From: the human T2T-CHM13v2.0 reference genome, Homo sapiens
NCBI RefSeq assembly: GCF_009914755.1
Contig: NC_060931.1
Reading direction: 5' to 3' (one strand)
Length of the DNA: 64,000 nucleotides
Shown here piece after piece: positions 16,361 to 31,531 of this stretch (within the stretch, counting starts at the first letter, position 1; every line of letters begins with the position of its first letter). Made by a program: the position numbers and the translations under genes. The notes under the pieces are model-generated. The model did no database searches. It was not told the DNA's origin and was given only the letters and a program-made list of their open reading frames with translations.

Positions 16361-19300
16361 ATATCACTAAAGAAGAACAGAAGACATTGTGGGTCTTCTG
16401 AATGATGTAGTACGCAAGGCTATCTGTAAAGTATTCCTCCCTGAAACAACTGTGCTAGAATCCAAATCAAGCCTCTGAAGAGGTCTAACTCCCAATATAC
16501 CAAAAATACAGGCAAAAAGGACATAATAAGTAGTAATGAGGAATCAAGCAACCAAATGCAGAAGATAGGACATTATACAGGACCAATGAGCTGATTTATT
16601 CAAAAACTAAAGGACATTAAAATGGGATAGGGTGGTAAGTGGAAGTAGTTGAAAAGAGACTTAAGAAACACATTAACCAAATCCTAATTATGGACCTTGT
16701 TTGCATCTTGACCGAAACAAACCAATTGTAAAAAGACATTATTGAAGCAATTGAAAAAATTTGAGCATGAAATAAATATTAAATGATATTGGGTGATTAA
16801 TACAAGTATTTAGTATTTAGTTATCTTTATCTTTTAGAGTTATAAGCAAAACGATATGGCATTTGGGATTTGTCTTAAAATACTCCAGGAAAAAAATATG
16901 GATAGATAGCTAAAACAAGATTAGCCATGTATTATTCTCTCTGCCCTTACATGTTAGAATTTTTGCATTAAAATAAGAAAGAATAGAAAAAATGTTATCA
17001 AGATTGGTGATAATAAAGAAGGCATGTGAGGAGAAAGAATAGAATAAGCAAAGTTTCCTTAAGCTTTAAAATATCTGCTGTACTTACTTAAAAAAATAAG
17101 TTGGCACATAGGAAAATGTTGAAAAATTATGTAGGAGTCCTACCGTGTATATGCGTGTGTGTATGTGTGTGTCAAGGGGTTCCTTCAATTGCATATTAAG
17201 GATTCAGTAATTTATTTTGTAATAAATGTGAATCCAGTAAGGAATTTTTCACTGAACAGTAGTGCAATTAACCCTGTTTTGAGAAAAATAAGTTATCTTA
17301 AAAGTTTTGCAGTTAACCAATATTAAGTCACTGGAGCATAACTTAACAAAAAGAAAATAGTAAGATTTGCTTGTTTATTTTTGTACAATATAATAATATT
17401 ATAATCATGGAAAAGTTTCCAAACTATTATTCACCTCCAGAGATTCTGAGATGTTCTGTACTTTGTCCATCCTTCTCAAACCCTAACATTAAGGTGAGAA
17501 TCTTCATTTAAGGGGGAATAGATAAAATGGCAGACTGAACACAGAGAAGCAAGAGGTCCCATATCAACAAAGGGTGAGAAGCAGAAGGAAATAAATGCAG
17601 GAGCTACCATCAACCTCCAATACCCAAAGCCTTGCTATTTTCCCCACTGACAAGACATAGAAAATGAAGCATCAAGGTCATCAGGCCCAGACAGATTCTT
17701 GACATCAGCTAGAGCACACAGAATAAGCAGCTGGTCTATTAGATCTAAAGCTAGAAAATCAAGGAGAAGAAATAATGAAGCTCTCCATTAGGATTTGTAG
17801 ACATCAAGTTCAGATAGCATTCAGCTACTCTGTCGGCCTCCTTAGACAAACAGGAGTTTTCCCCAAACATGGAAGGCTTCAATGACTCATTTCTTGTGAA
17901 TGGTTAAACAAAGCTTCACTGGGTAGGTCACTGCAAGGAGTCCCAGAGAAATCTGGCCACAGCTTCAAGCTTCGCGGGTGGTCTTATGGAGACAGCAGGG
18001 AAATGAGGTCACACAGTTTAGGGAAAGCCTCCTAACAGAGACGAAGATTGGAAATTGAAGAACAGATACAAGTCGCAAGAAGAGGTGGTATTGATGAAGT
18101 GGAATCAGAGAGGGCCTAGCGTGAGAGCTGCCAGGTGGGCTGATCTGGTGGTGGGAGAGGCCAGGGAAGGCAGGGAACCTAGGAAATGCAGAAGGCAAGG
18201 AAAAAATGAGGGGGAAAAAAGAGAAGGTGGGAGCAAAAACAAGGGAAGTTATGGGGAGAAGAGCAAAGAAAGAAAGTACAAAAGTGGGTGTTGAACCAGC
18301 CTACAGAGCCCCTTTGTATTTGTACATCTTTAATATATAACACATTTACACCTAACAACCAATGTAGCTTGGGAAGAATAATATCAAGGTATAACATGAA
18401 GGTGAACTCAAGTTGCCTTCTCCCTAAGATATACCTTTTTAATGAGATATTAAACTGGATTCTTTTCTCAGAAGTGAACAATATTCTTTGCCTAAGTATA
18501 TAGTAATATATCATTATCTATTATTCAAAAAAACAAATGTAGAAGCACTTTGTTAGATGTTTGTTTTCATTACTTGCTTAGGTATTGGTTTCTATATCAA
18601 AATATGTCATATGCCATCTCCCATCTCTCCCCTGCTTGGACCATCCAGCAGTGTGAAGATGGCTCTGCCCCAGTAAAGGAGCTGGGTCCTTCTAGCCTAC
18701 TTGCTTCATTGTGTGTGTGCTTCCAAAAAATGGAAGAGGGAAAAACCCTCTTGTCTCTGCTGTAGTTCCCAACCCCAGACACTCCATTCCAGTGTCTTCA
18801 CAATCTTTATTTCTTTCTTACTGGACTTTACAATATGAGTCCATTTACCTGGCTTTGACTTTAAATATTTGCTAGCCTAGGAGTAGCTTTAATGCTGTGC
18901 CTAGAGCAGAAGAGAAAAGGAGAAGCTGACACAAATTACAGAGGCCTGGTGGTCTTCAAGGGGGTCTAAGCCCAAGTATGATGCATATCAACAATGGGAT
19001 TTGTAGCAGATTAGTCCTTGCTGGGAAGACCTGGGAAATTTTGTCTCCTAGGTTTCATTCTCCTTCCTGTCTGACTGCTGCTAGTTACTTTGGTTACCCG
19101 CCTTCATCTGACCCAGAACTCACATCTAAGAGTCATTCTCAATCTCAGCTGCCTCTCCTAAGAGTCCACTATGAGACTTTAACAAATACTGTTGCCAAGG
19201 TCCTGTCCTTAGCAATATCATTGCAACTGGCTGTGGTGATGCCTGGGCTTTGGGATCTTTTGAAGCTCCTCACTAACTTTATTGTGTAGCAGAGATTACA

Positions 19301-20000
19301 AAATGCTACCATAACATCTCTCAGACCTCTGGTTGCTTAAGTGGTACTTCAATCCAACAATCTCCACTCATGTAAATCAGGAAGAGGGAGTGGGCTATAT
19401 TGTATCTAAAGTGCCATTTACTAATAAAATAATAAAGCTAAAAATGATAGAGCCAGTCTATTAGTATGCATTGAAAAAAAGTAGCATTACCTTAGACTTT
19501 TCAAATAAATTAACAAGCCATCTGGACTGAATGACCTATTTTGGATGCAAGGAAGATGTTTATGTTGCACTTGGTTTAATGTGGAAAAGGAGCATAGGAA
19601 GACTGAAATCAGAAATGTGTGGTGTTCATAACAGAAAGTCAATGCCAGATCCAATTCTAGAGTATTACAAAGTACATGAAGAAAAGATGTCAAGCATTGG
19701 ATAGAGAAGGAACAAGAACTATAGCAGTGAAATGGGGACCAATGATCAGGAATAGAAAGTAGAAAAGGCAAGAAGAGACAAGTACTAGATAGCTCCGATT
19801 AATTCTAGTGCAAAGAATATTGCACAAAGCTACATCTGCCCACTTGTGCTGTGCAAGTATAATTTAGTAGCTGGCTGTTCACAAGTCCTAAAGAAAGGTA
19901 GTTTATTTTGTTTTCTTTCAAGCACGTTGTATCAGTCAGCATAGGCTTACTCCAATACTCCAGCCATGCCATTTTTCCCACTGACAATAGAAAATGAAGC

Positions 20001-20289
<289 letters not shown>

Positions 20290-20299
20290 GAAAATGAAG

Positions 20300-20695
20300 C
20301 ATGTTGCAGTAACAAATAATGCCTCCCCCACAAAATTTCAGAGGAGCAAAACCACAAAATGTCACAGTCACAGACCACGCCCATTGGGAGTAGGTAAGGT
20401 GGAAAGGGCCTCTTTTTCCAGTAGTCACTCAGGAGCCCAGCCTGATGAAGCAGCCACCATCTCCAAGGCAGTCCAGCTTCATGTCACAGCAATAAAAATG
20501 TCCTGGAGGGTCTTGCACTGGCATTTAAATGCTCCAGCTCAAAAGTGCCCCAACTTACTTCTATTTACAACTCACTGGTGACAACTAGTCACCTGGTCCC
20601 GCTCAACCAGAAGGAGTCAAAGAAGTACAACTTAACTATGTGCCAGAAAGTGAGAAGGACCAGAAATATGGCAAGCAGCTCGAATGGTACCATGC
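20300..20695 (-). mobile_element. MLT1L/J-like LTR
   Basis: TGTTGCAGTAACAAA...CACTCAGGAGCCCAGCCTGATGAAGCAGCCACCATCT...AACTAGTCAC. Confidence 0.65.
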
Positions 20696-21024
20696 TTCAT
20701 TGAGAAAAAGTTAGCTTTTTGTTTTTCTTGCTTTTTATGGAAACATCTATGGATAAAGATATACCATGTTGTATAACATTTTTTTACCCACTAAAATGTA
20801 ATCTTCATGAGGGCAATAATTTTTTCTGACATGTATGTCTATGGCTTAACCTAGGAAAGTTCAAACAAATATTTTAGGGTAAATAAACTTGTGAAAAGTA
20901 AGCACAGACAAAAAGAAAAGAGCTAGGCACAATGTTATCATTTATCAGAATGATTACTATTAATATTAATATTAAAAAGTATTCATAGATTACTTACTAT
21001 TCATGATGTTAAAAATCACCATGT

Positions 21025-22860
21025 AACAATGGAACAGAATAGAGAGCCCATAAACAAATCCACACACCTACAGTGAACGCATTTTCAACAAAGGTGCCAA
21101 GAACATACGCTGGGAAAGAAACAGTCTCTTCAATGAATGGTGCTTGCAAAACTTGAGATCCATATGCAGAAGAATGAAACTAGACCCCTATCTGTTCCCA
21201 TATACAAAAATCAAGTCAAAATGATTAAAAAATTAAATCTAAGATCTCAAATTGTGAAACTACTACAGGAAAACGTTGGGGAAACTCTCCAGGACACCAG
21301 CCTGGCAAAGATTTCTTGAGCAATACTCCACAAGCATAGGCAACCAAACCAAATTGGACAAATGGGATCACATCAAGTTAAAATGCTTCCGCACAGCAAA
21401 GGAAACAATCAACAAAGTGAAAATACAACCCACAGAATGGGAGAAAATATTTGCAAACTACCTGTCAGACATGGTATTAATAACCAGAATATACAAGGAG
21501 CTCAAACAACTCCATAGGAAAAAAATCTAATAATCCGATTTTAAAATGGGCAAAAGATTTGAATAGACATTTTCCAAAAGAAGACGTACAAATGGCAAAC
21601 AGGCATATGAAAAGGTACTCAACATCATTGATCGTGACAGAAATGCAAATTAAAACTACAATGAGATATTATCACATCCCAGTCAAAATGACTTTTATCC
21701 AAAAGTCAGGCAATAACAAATGCTGGCGAGGATGTGGAGAAAAGGGAACACTTGTACACTTTTGATGGGAATGTAAATTAGTACAATCACTATGGAGAAC
21801 AGATTCCAGGTTCCTCAAAAAAACAAAAATAGAGCTATCACATGACCCAGCAATCCCACTGCTAGATATATACCCAAAAGAAAGCAAACCAATATACTGA
21901 AGAAATATATGCACCCCCATGTTTGTTGCAGCACTTGTTCAAATAGCCAAGATTTGGAAGCAACATAAGTGTCCATCAGCAGATGAATAGATAAAGGAAA
22001 TGTGGTACTTATATGTAATGGAGTACTATTCAGCCATAAAAAAGAATGAGATTCAGGCATTTGCAACAACATGGATGGAACTAGAAGCCATTATGTTAAG
22101 TGAAAGAAGCTAAACACAGAAAGACAAATGTCACATTTTCTCACTTATTTGTAGGATCTAAAAATCAAAACAATTCAACCCATGGAGATAGAGAGTAAGA
22201 AGATGGTACTAGAGGCTGGGAAGCATAGTTGTGGGGGGAGGGAGGGAGAGGCGGGGAAGGTTAATGGGTACCAAAAAATAGAATGAATGAATAAAACCTA
22301 ATATTTGATAGCACAACCGGGTGACTACAGTCAATAATAATTTAATTATACATTTAAAAATAACTAAAAGGCCAGGTACAATGGCTCACACCTGTAATCC
22401 CAGCACTTTGGGAGGCCAAGGCAGTAGATTACCTGAAGTCAGGAGTTCAAGACCAGCCTGGCCAAAATGGTAAAACCCCATCTCTACTAAAAATATAAAA
22501 AATTAGCTGGGTGTGGTGGCAGGTGCCTGTAATCCCAGCTACTTGGGAGGCTGAGGCAGGAGAATCACTTGAACCAGGAGGGAGAGGTTTCAGTGAGCCA
22601 AAATTGCACCATATGTAGCCCGGATAGAGCAAGACTCTGTCTAAAATAAATAAAATAAAAATAATAGAATAAAATAAATAAAAATAACTAAAAGAGTATA
22701 ATTGGATTGTTTGTAACACAAAGGATAAATGCTTGAGGGGATGGATACCCCATCTTCCATGATGTGATTATTACGCATTGCATGCCTGTATCAAAACATC
22801 TCTTGTACCCTATAAATATATACACCTATTATGTACACATAAAAATTCAAATTTTAAAAA
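21025..22860 (+). mobile_element. L1MA1/2-like ORF2 3' part and 3' UTR, interrupted by an Alu
   Basis: Frameshifted ORF2 peptides ([35 protein letters not shown]) and an L1MA 3' tail. Confidence 0.92.
22370..22680 (+). mobile_element. AluS in L1MA 3' UTR
   Basis: Dimer with (TAAAA)n tail; TSD AAAATAACTAAAAG. Confidence 0.93.
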
Positions 22861-24269
22861 AACACCAAGCAAGAAATTTTTATAGCTAAATGATTTACCA
22901 ACTACATTCAAATGATGCTGTCACCACTTCCTCAAATCACTCCAGGAGTCTTATCCTAATTCAGATTAAGTATAAATTCTTTCATTTTAACCACAAGTAG
23001 CCAAGTCAGCCTTGAAATTTAAAAAGAAATTTGGGGGAGGTACAAAGAAGATGGACTTGCCTTATTAGATAGACTTGCAATAAATAGAGCAACATTTTGT
23101 GCTCCTGTACCCGGATGGGAAGTCTTAATCATTTACGTTGACATGAATTTTCCTTAAATCTATACATTGAATGCATTTCTGGTCAAAATTCCAGTAGGAC
23201 TATTTTCCTTATGAAAGTTTTTTATTTTAACTTCATCAAAGTCCTAACTTCCATAGGTCACCAAATCTTACCCAAAAAGTCTTTGACATTTGCTAAATAG
23301 CCAGATTCCGCTACACAAATGCTCAAGACCATTGAAACCTGGTGGTGATTTTGTGAAGAAATAAAACCAGGTGGGGATAATCACCATGCCACCATGGGAG
23401 AGGATACAAAGCCCAGTATTCTCTCCTACCCTGGAGCCACCCTCAGAGTGTAGCGATGGGGACTCTAGGCATGAGGTCCTTCCCCCTTCACCAGGCCCCA
23501 GGACCCTCCCAACTACCTGCTGGACCTTGTGATCAGTTAGAGAGATGTGCCCTTGGAGTTCAAACTGAGTCTTCCCCCAAGAGTCTTGAGCCCAGAGTCT
23601 GAGCTGCACAAGGGCAGAATCTGGCCATTGTGTGGTTTGAATCCAGCAAGGAAGCCCAGTATTACAGACAGGATGACAAGTGACATCATATGGTGACTGG
23701 TATAAAAAAAAAGAAGCAGCCATCACCACAGGAATAGTTCTAGTTTTGTGGCCTTGCCTAGGGGGTTCTGCATTCTGGATGTTGGTTGCCTCTTGTGGTC
23801 ATAAAGAAAACATAGCTTCTTAAATAAAGTTGCATGTGCAAGACTCAAAGGCAGAAGGCTGGCAGATTAGCCCTGGCCACTCATCCCCCAAAACCAAGAG
23901 CTGAGCCTCATTCCTGCTGTCTCATTTCTACATCCCAGAAACAGCCACCTTCCAAGCTCATGATGGAGTTTCCTTAAACTTCTCCTGAAGAGAATTAAAC
24001 AGAAACCAGGTCAGGATGTTCTGAGTAGACCATTCATGCCTGAGGGGTCTCTTGGACCCCTTAGAGCTTTTCCTTCTAGTGAGGATCCTCCATGGACTTG
24101 GGCTGTGCCCAGGATTTACCTGGGGTGGACAGGTAGGCACAGGGTGACTGTTAAATTCCACAGGATGAATTATTAATGTCTTTCTCATCTATGGTTAGTT
24201 TCTCCTGGTTTTCTCCTGTTACAGATAATCCTGTAATAAGGTTTTTTGTTTCTGTTTTTTTACCTAGGG

Positions 24270-24418
24270 TCAGCACACAGTATGGAGGATAAAAGCATGG
24301 AAGCCAGGTCAAATGGGGCGGAGGGGGGCGGTAACTGCCTGTCTCTCTTACTAGTTGTGTGACCCTCGACCAGTTTCTTAACTCTCTGTCCTTCAGTTTC
24401 CTCATCTGTAAAATAAGT
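24270..24418 (+). mobile_element. MIR
   Basis: Core CTTACTAGTTGTGTGACC...CAGTTTCCTCATCTGTAAAAT. Confidence 0.8.
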
Positions 24419-25662
24419 CTAGGTTGGAAATCTTGCAGATAATATACCGATATAAAAGGGCTATTGCCACTCTAAATGGCCTTCTGGTGGCAAGAACAAT
24501 GCAATTATTACAGGGACTTCTCAGACGGATCATGACATTAACTCTAAAAAAGGTAACTATTCTGTTTCAAGTTCATCTCTGGCAGAACAGAGCCAGATTC
24601 TTATTTTTTATGTTTTCCAATTGGTAAGTATCACTACAGTTATAAAGGTTAAAATGACAATTGTAACTTCGGATACTTCTGATGGAAGATGGAAGGGGGC
24701 AATAGCTACACACGTTTATTTATGAAAACCACACAATTTATTAGCTGTATTAGGTACTATAGCAACAGTCTGCATGCAGCATCACAGCTTTCTATTCTGA
24801 CAACCCCATTATATTCGCTGTGAGTGGAAAAATCTCATAGGTTTTTATTGTTGTTGTTGTTTTTACTTTGTACATAGCTATTTGCCGTATCAACTTGCTT
24901 CTTTAAATAGACTCCTATAAAAATCGCATCTGAGCAAGGTTTTAACTCTTGATGAAACAGACTTGTTGGGTGAATGGTCTGTCTCAGTGGCATGAAAAAG
25001 GGAACAGATGTTAGAGCCTAAGCTGAGTGAAGACAATGTCTGTGCAGTGGGTCCACATTGGGGATTCAGGGCCTCAGCACGGTGCAGGGAGCAACCCTGT
25101 GAGTGGAAGTGAGTAGGAGCACAGGCGCAGTGTCAGAGTTCAAGCCAGGTGAGGAGAACATTCACGTGGAAGCAGGGCATCCCGGTGGGTATAGCAGGGT
25201 GAGGAGGGAGGTCCAGGCACACGAGTGTGGACTGTCAGACTCCACCTGAATGAGGGCAGCATCAGCTTAGCAGAGGAAACTGGCATGGTGTATAGACCAA
25301 GAAGGGAATGTCTTGGCAATGCAAGCTAAGCAGGCACAGGGAGAGATGGGTGTGGGTATTCATGCAGGGGCAGGATTGTTGTAAAAAGTTTGAGCCCAAG
25401 AAAGGTAAGGAGGGTATCCATGGAAAGGGGATACCCTCAGCCCTACAAAGTGCTACGATCACAAGGGTGAGACACCATGCCTTAATTAATTAAAAAAATA
25501 ATAATAAAGTGTAGTGCTGTCATCTGATTTCAAACATCGCTTTAGAGTGGGGTGAACACACCTCAACGGCACTGTGATGACAACTAAGCAGGGTCCGTGC
25601 TGGGTGTGGGAAAAGGGATAGCTAACCATCGTGGGCACACATTACTCCATGTTCTATGTAGT

Positions 25663-26482
25663 TGTGATGAGCTGGATATTTGTGTGCCCCCAAAATGCAT
25701 ATGTTGAAATCCTAACTCCCAACACAATGGCATTAGGAAGTGGGGCCTGTGGAAGATAATTAGGTCATGAGGGTGGAGCCTTTGTGCGTGTGATTAGTGC
25801 TCTTACAAGAAGTGCCAAAGGAAAATATCTTGGGCCCCCAAAATCACTAAGGAAAACTCAAGCTGGGAACTGCTTAGGGCAAACCTGCCTCCCATTCTAT
25901 TCAAAGTCACACCTCTGCTCACTGAGATAGATGCTTATCTGATTTGCCTCCTTTGGAAAGGCTCATCAGAAACTGAAAAGAATGTAGGCATTTGTGTATC
26001 ACCTGTCTGCGACCTGGAAGCTCCCTCTGGGCTTCGAGACTTCCTGCCTTTGCTTCAGGTTGTCCCGCCTTTCCAGACCAAACCAATGTACTTCTTACGC
26101 ATATCGATTGATGTCTCCCTAAATGTATGAAACCAAGCTGTGCCCTGACTACCATGGGCACATGCCGTCAGGACTTCCTGAGGCTGTGTCACCGGCTCAT
26201 CCTCAATGTTGGCAAAATAAACTTTCTAAATTAACTGAGACCTGTCTCAACTTTTCAGGGTTCTCAGAAGCAACATGAGAGCACTCTCTCTGTTCTCCAC
26301 CATGTGAGGATCCAACAAGAAGGTGGCCATCTGCAACCCACAAGAGGACCCTCACAAGAACCCAATCACGTTGGCACCCTCATCTCGGACTTCCAGCTTC
26401 CAAAACGGTGGGAAATAAAATTCTATTTTTTATAATCCACGAGGTTTATGGTATTTGGTTATAACAGCCCAGACTCTCCTAA
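25663..26482 (+). mobile_element. MLT1A-type LTR split by MER4A1
   Basis: CCCCAAAATGCATATGTTGAAATCCTAAC...GGTCATGAGGGTGGAGCC, resuming CACCATGTGAGGA...GGACTTCCAGC. Confidence 0.85.
25813..26266 (+). mobile_element. MER4A1-like ERV1 solo LTR
   Basis: TG...AAAGGAAAATATCTTGGGCCCCCAAAATCACTAAG...GAGACCTGTCTC...TTCTCA; perfect 4-bp TSD GAAG. Confidence 0.88.
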
Positions 26483-27046
26483 GAAGGTGACCATGGAATG
26501 TAGGCCCTCTACTTTCTCTCAAGGGTGACATGTCAGTATGTGAATCCTGGAACTGTGATGGCTATGTCGTGATGCGGAAAGGTAACCTGAAAAGAGAGCC
26601 AACTTAGAAGAGTGTAGGATTTAAAACTATTAACAGCAGAGATTTAGAGCTCTGGCCCTGATTGTACGGAACCTAAAACTGCTCTCTCTTTAAACTACTT
26701 GCTAATGGAGGCAAGACACTCCTTTATTATTTAAACAAGTAGATCTTGGTGTTCTGATATTGTAATAAAAACATTTGAATTGGTAACAATACCTTTACTC
26801 CAAAGTTAGCGCATATCATTGCCAGTGAGTCTGCTAGCAGCTCTGCACATGGTAAATAGGAGAGACTTATATTCTGGGTTATTGGAAACAACAGGTAGGA
26901 TTATTTACAGATAAACAGTGTAGAAATCGGAGCTTGGAAGCTTCCTCTTAACCGGGAGAAAGCCATAGCCCAGCTTTACGATTTCCCATTGGGTCTCATG
27001 TGGGACTACAGACAAGAGCCTCAGGGTCATTCCACCAGTTAAATAA

Positions 27047-27377
<331 letters not shown>

Positions 27378-27381
27378 TTAA

Positions 27382-27698
<317 letters not shown>

Positions 27699-29429
27699 AG
27701 TGAAGTTTCTTAAATGTTCATAATTAATACAAAGCATAAACTTATTACTACCATAGCTATATAGTTTAGGTGTGATCCTTATATAAGTAACAAAATGAAG
27801 TTAATAAAAAGAATTTTGTTCAAATAAGAATAATATATGAAAAAATGAGGCAAGATTAAAAAAAACAGCTGTAGGGTAAGAAGAATTGAAGCTGGGGAAG
27901 CTAGAATTTCTTAGCAAAGCAACTGTCAAGTTTACCAGTCTAATAATGTTCTTGGTAAATTTTCTTGTCAAACGACTTCCGACAGACAATTCTTGAACTT
28001 TTAGAGAAAACATAAAAATACCAAGAGATTATGTCAGAGAACAGCATAAAGTTGATAGTGGAAATAATTTTCACTGTGGGCCACACCAAGACAAACAATT
28101 AGGGAAGTGCACATGTAATTCTTTGAGCCATTAATTTGTAAATGACAAAGATCGGAAATAAGGGATTTTCTTCCCCCAAGAGACATCCTAGTTACTAAAG
28201 CTGTGATACAAAATATAACAAAAGTCAACAAAAGGAAATTGAAAAGGAATGTATGTAATTACAGCAAAGACAGGATGCATGATATTTTTCACCACCTAAT
28301 ATTACAATAGGTAAATGGATTAGCTAACTATACAATCTGACTTAGAAAACACAGAAAGGATTATTTAAAATAATGCCATATAAATTCTTAGTTGACTTCC
28401 TTTTGTCTAATGGTATTCACACTTTAGTGACAGTATGTTAAAAGTTTATGAGTAAAAGTAGGAATGCAGTAAAATATTTTTAGACCACCTACAGCTAGCA
28501 TACATTAAATTATACAACACATTCTTTTCAATAAATGGCCTTTTTATATCATTCCAGTTACTGATAGAAACTGAAAACAGGGTTATGACATTTAATTAAT
28601 TCACAAAATGCAGCTGTTCTTCAAGTTTTTGGCAGCTGTCCAATAATTTTAATGAAAAATTTTTAAAAAAGAGAATGAGGAAAAAAAATTCCACCAGAAA
28701 TAACTTCAATTTTTCTATTAGTCCTTAATATGATGGAAAAGGTCAAAAGATGCCAGCTCTGGGCAAGTATTACCACAAAAATTAGAATCAATATGGGCAG
28801 AATATAGACCCAAAAAATGACATGTAAATTTGAAAATGCAATGATATTGCAAGCTACTTCCACAAGATAATGTTACCACATCACTGACTTGGTCAGACTC
28901 TCGATTTAAAGTAGAAAAATCTAATGCAAACCAGCTTCAACCCAAAGGGTAGTATATTGACTTGCATAACTAAACTACAGTGAACAAAGGTGTGGAGCTA
29001 ACTAGAACGAAGGACTCAAATACTATGAGAACTGATCGTCTCTTGCTCTCTGCATTAGTTTAGTTTTCTTCTACTGTCCATCCACTTTCTATGCTGGAAG
29101 ATGCATGGCTGATGGCAGCTTCTAGGCTCATGCACTACTGAACCTGGAAGACCCATGCTTAATGATAAGACAATGGAAACATTCTAGGGAAGGATTTTAA
29201 ATGGCCTAGCTTGTGTGGTTGACCAAGAGTTGTGACTCAAGTTTTATGGTCCACTTCAGTCCCCACCTTTAGACAAGAAACTGTGACTGGGAGGTGGGCC
29301 ATGTAGTTCCTATTCTTATTGGCTCAGTTAACAAATCCTCTCATTATATGGATAAGATGGAAAAATGAATACTGAATAACAATACATATAGAAGAAATTT
29401 GAATTAGCATTAATTAGAGAAAGAGTAGA

Positions 29430-30157
29430 AACATCTGTACAAAATCATCAGGTTGTAAAGCAACCCGTAGAATGGAAGAAAGTATTTGCAAGTCACATAT
29501 CTGACAAGGGTCTACCATTAAGCATCTATAAAGCACATTTCCAACTCAACAACTAAAAGACAACTCAACTAAAAAATGGGTAAAGGTCTTGAATAGACAT
29601 TTCTCCAAGGGAGATATGTAAATGGCCAACAAATGAAAAGATGCTCAACATCATCAGTCCCTAGAGAAATGCAAATTGAAACTGCAATGAGTGTTGGTGA
29701 GGAACTGAGAAGTTAGAACCTTCACACATTGCTGGTGAGAGTGTAAAACATTGCCATCACTGTAGAAAAGAGTTTGGGGGCTCCTCAAAAAGCTAAACAT
29801 AAAATTAGCATACAACTCAACAGTTTCTTAGATATATGCCTAAAAGAATAGAAATAGGTATTTAAATGAAGACTTGTAAACAAATGTACTTAGCAGCACT
29901 ATTCATAATAGGCGAAAGGTAGAAACAACCCAAATGTTCACCAACTGATGAGCAGATTAACAAAATCTGATATACTCATACAATGGAATATTATTCAGTC
30001 ATGAAAAGGAATGAAGTACCAATACATGTGACAATGTATGTGAACCTCAAAAATACTTTGTCAAATGAAAGAAGATAGGCATACAAGGTCATATATTGTA
30101 TAATCACACTAATATAAAATGCCCAGAATAGGTAAATTCATACAGACAGAAAGCAGA
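29430..30157 (+). mobile_element. L1MB-like ORF2 end / 3' UTR fragment
   Basis: GCAACCCGTAGAATGGAAGAAAGTATTTGCAAGTCACATATCTGACAAGGG...CAATGGAATATTATTCAG. Confidence 0.8.
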
Positions 30158-30529
30158 ACCTGCTACTCAGGGATAGGCAACAGAATAAAAGAGCAGCACA
30201 GGAAGGGGAACTTGCAATTAGGCCATTTGAGGTCCTCTCTGTTTCACATGTCAAAACAACACATGATATTAATTTTAGGCCTTATGCCACAGAGCTCCAC
30301 TGCAAATAATAGACTGCTCCTTTCTCCTTAGTTCCAATTTGAAAAACCTGGGGGGGATTATTCTGCTTAGACCGGCAAAGGTTGCATGCCTACCCTTAAT
30401 GCCAGGAGTATAGCAAATTATGTTTGTCAGCCTAAGTGGGACACAGAATTGAGGATGAAACAGTGCCCCCAAAGAGGACATTCTCTTTTCAAAAGACAAG
30501 GGGGATCAAAAGGCAGCATAATTCCTAAC

Positions 30530-30772
30530 CACCCTTCTTTTTATTTCTCTCCCTCCTTTCCCTCACAACTGCTTCTCTATATTAAACTTCCTTTCTCTTC
30601 CCTTGCCTTCTCTTCTCATCCTCTTATCTTCTCATTTCCTCTCTTCACTCTGTCTCTTCTTTACAACCCTCTTTTCTGTTCCTTTTTTCTTCTTCTCTCT
30701 TTCTCCTCCTTCTCTTCATTTTTGTTCTATTCTCTGTCTCTCACTCTCTTTCCTTATCCCTCTGCCCACTTT
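30530..30772. repeat. CT-rich polypyrimidine low-complexity tract (~240 bp)
   Basis: Almost exclusively C/T on the + strand. Confidence 0.85.
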
Positions 30773-31394
30773 TAATAGTGCATTCCAACAAAAGCCACCC
30801 ACAGTCATCACCTACACAAGTTTTAGGTGATCTGGTGGCCTTCAACTTTATTTCTACTTCTTCCTGAATTATTCAGAACACTAGATAAATGGTAAATAAT
30901 TGGATAGAGCCTGCATTCGCTGCTAATCTGTCTCACCTATCCAAATTTATGAAAAATTGTCAAGTTCTTGGCAAGTGTGAAAACAGATTTTCTTTCTTTG
31001 TTATAACTACAGATGAATTTATGAAACAAAAATTATTTTCTAAAACTTTAGAAGCCTTGAACTTGCTCTGCTAAAGTCTCTCAATACCTTTGCATTTTTT
31101 ATGAAAAAGATTTCTTTTGAACTACTTTCCAACATGTACTGCCTCTAATTAAAATGATTATTGAACTTTACTCTGCTATTTGCTTTGTGTGTGAAGGTGG
31201 TAATGAAAACATCATTAATTAGAACGTAGCAGAGGAATAAAGGCCACAAGGAGCACAAGGAAGATAGTTTGGAATTATGTATGAAGGCAACTGAAACACT
31301 TCAGGCTCTGAGGAAATAATAATAATCCATTTGATTGCCAGTCTATATCAAACAGACCAAATACAATTAAGGTAGGTTTAAAGCTATGGGTACT

Positions 31395-31531
31395 CAGGCT
31401 ATTTGCTTCCTAATGGTCATTCCTTAGAGACTGGTCTTATTCACATCCCCCAGTGCCTGGCAGAGTGTGTGGTTTATGGTAGGAACTCAGTCCATTTTAC
31501 TGCCTGCCTGTCTAAATCAATAATAAATGAA
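31395..31531 (+). mobile_element. L2 3' end
   Basis: TCTTATTCACATCCCCCAGTGCCTGGCAGAGTG...TAGGAACTCAG. Confidence 0.6.

Noticed and set aside
21137-22072. ORFs resembling reverse-transcriptase-element protein
   Set aside because: Frameshifted, stop-interrupted L1 ORF2 C-terminal remnants, not a functional gene.
23268-23729. 153-aa minus-strand ORF in a GC-richer patch
   Set aside because: Non-ATG start, no recognisable homology or convincing splice context; probably an old repeat or a chance ORF.
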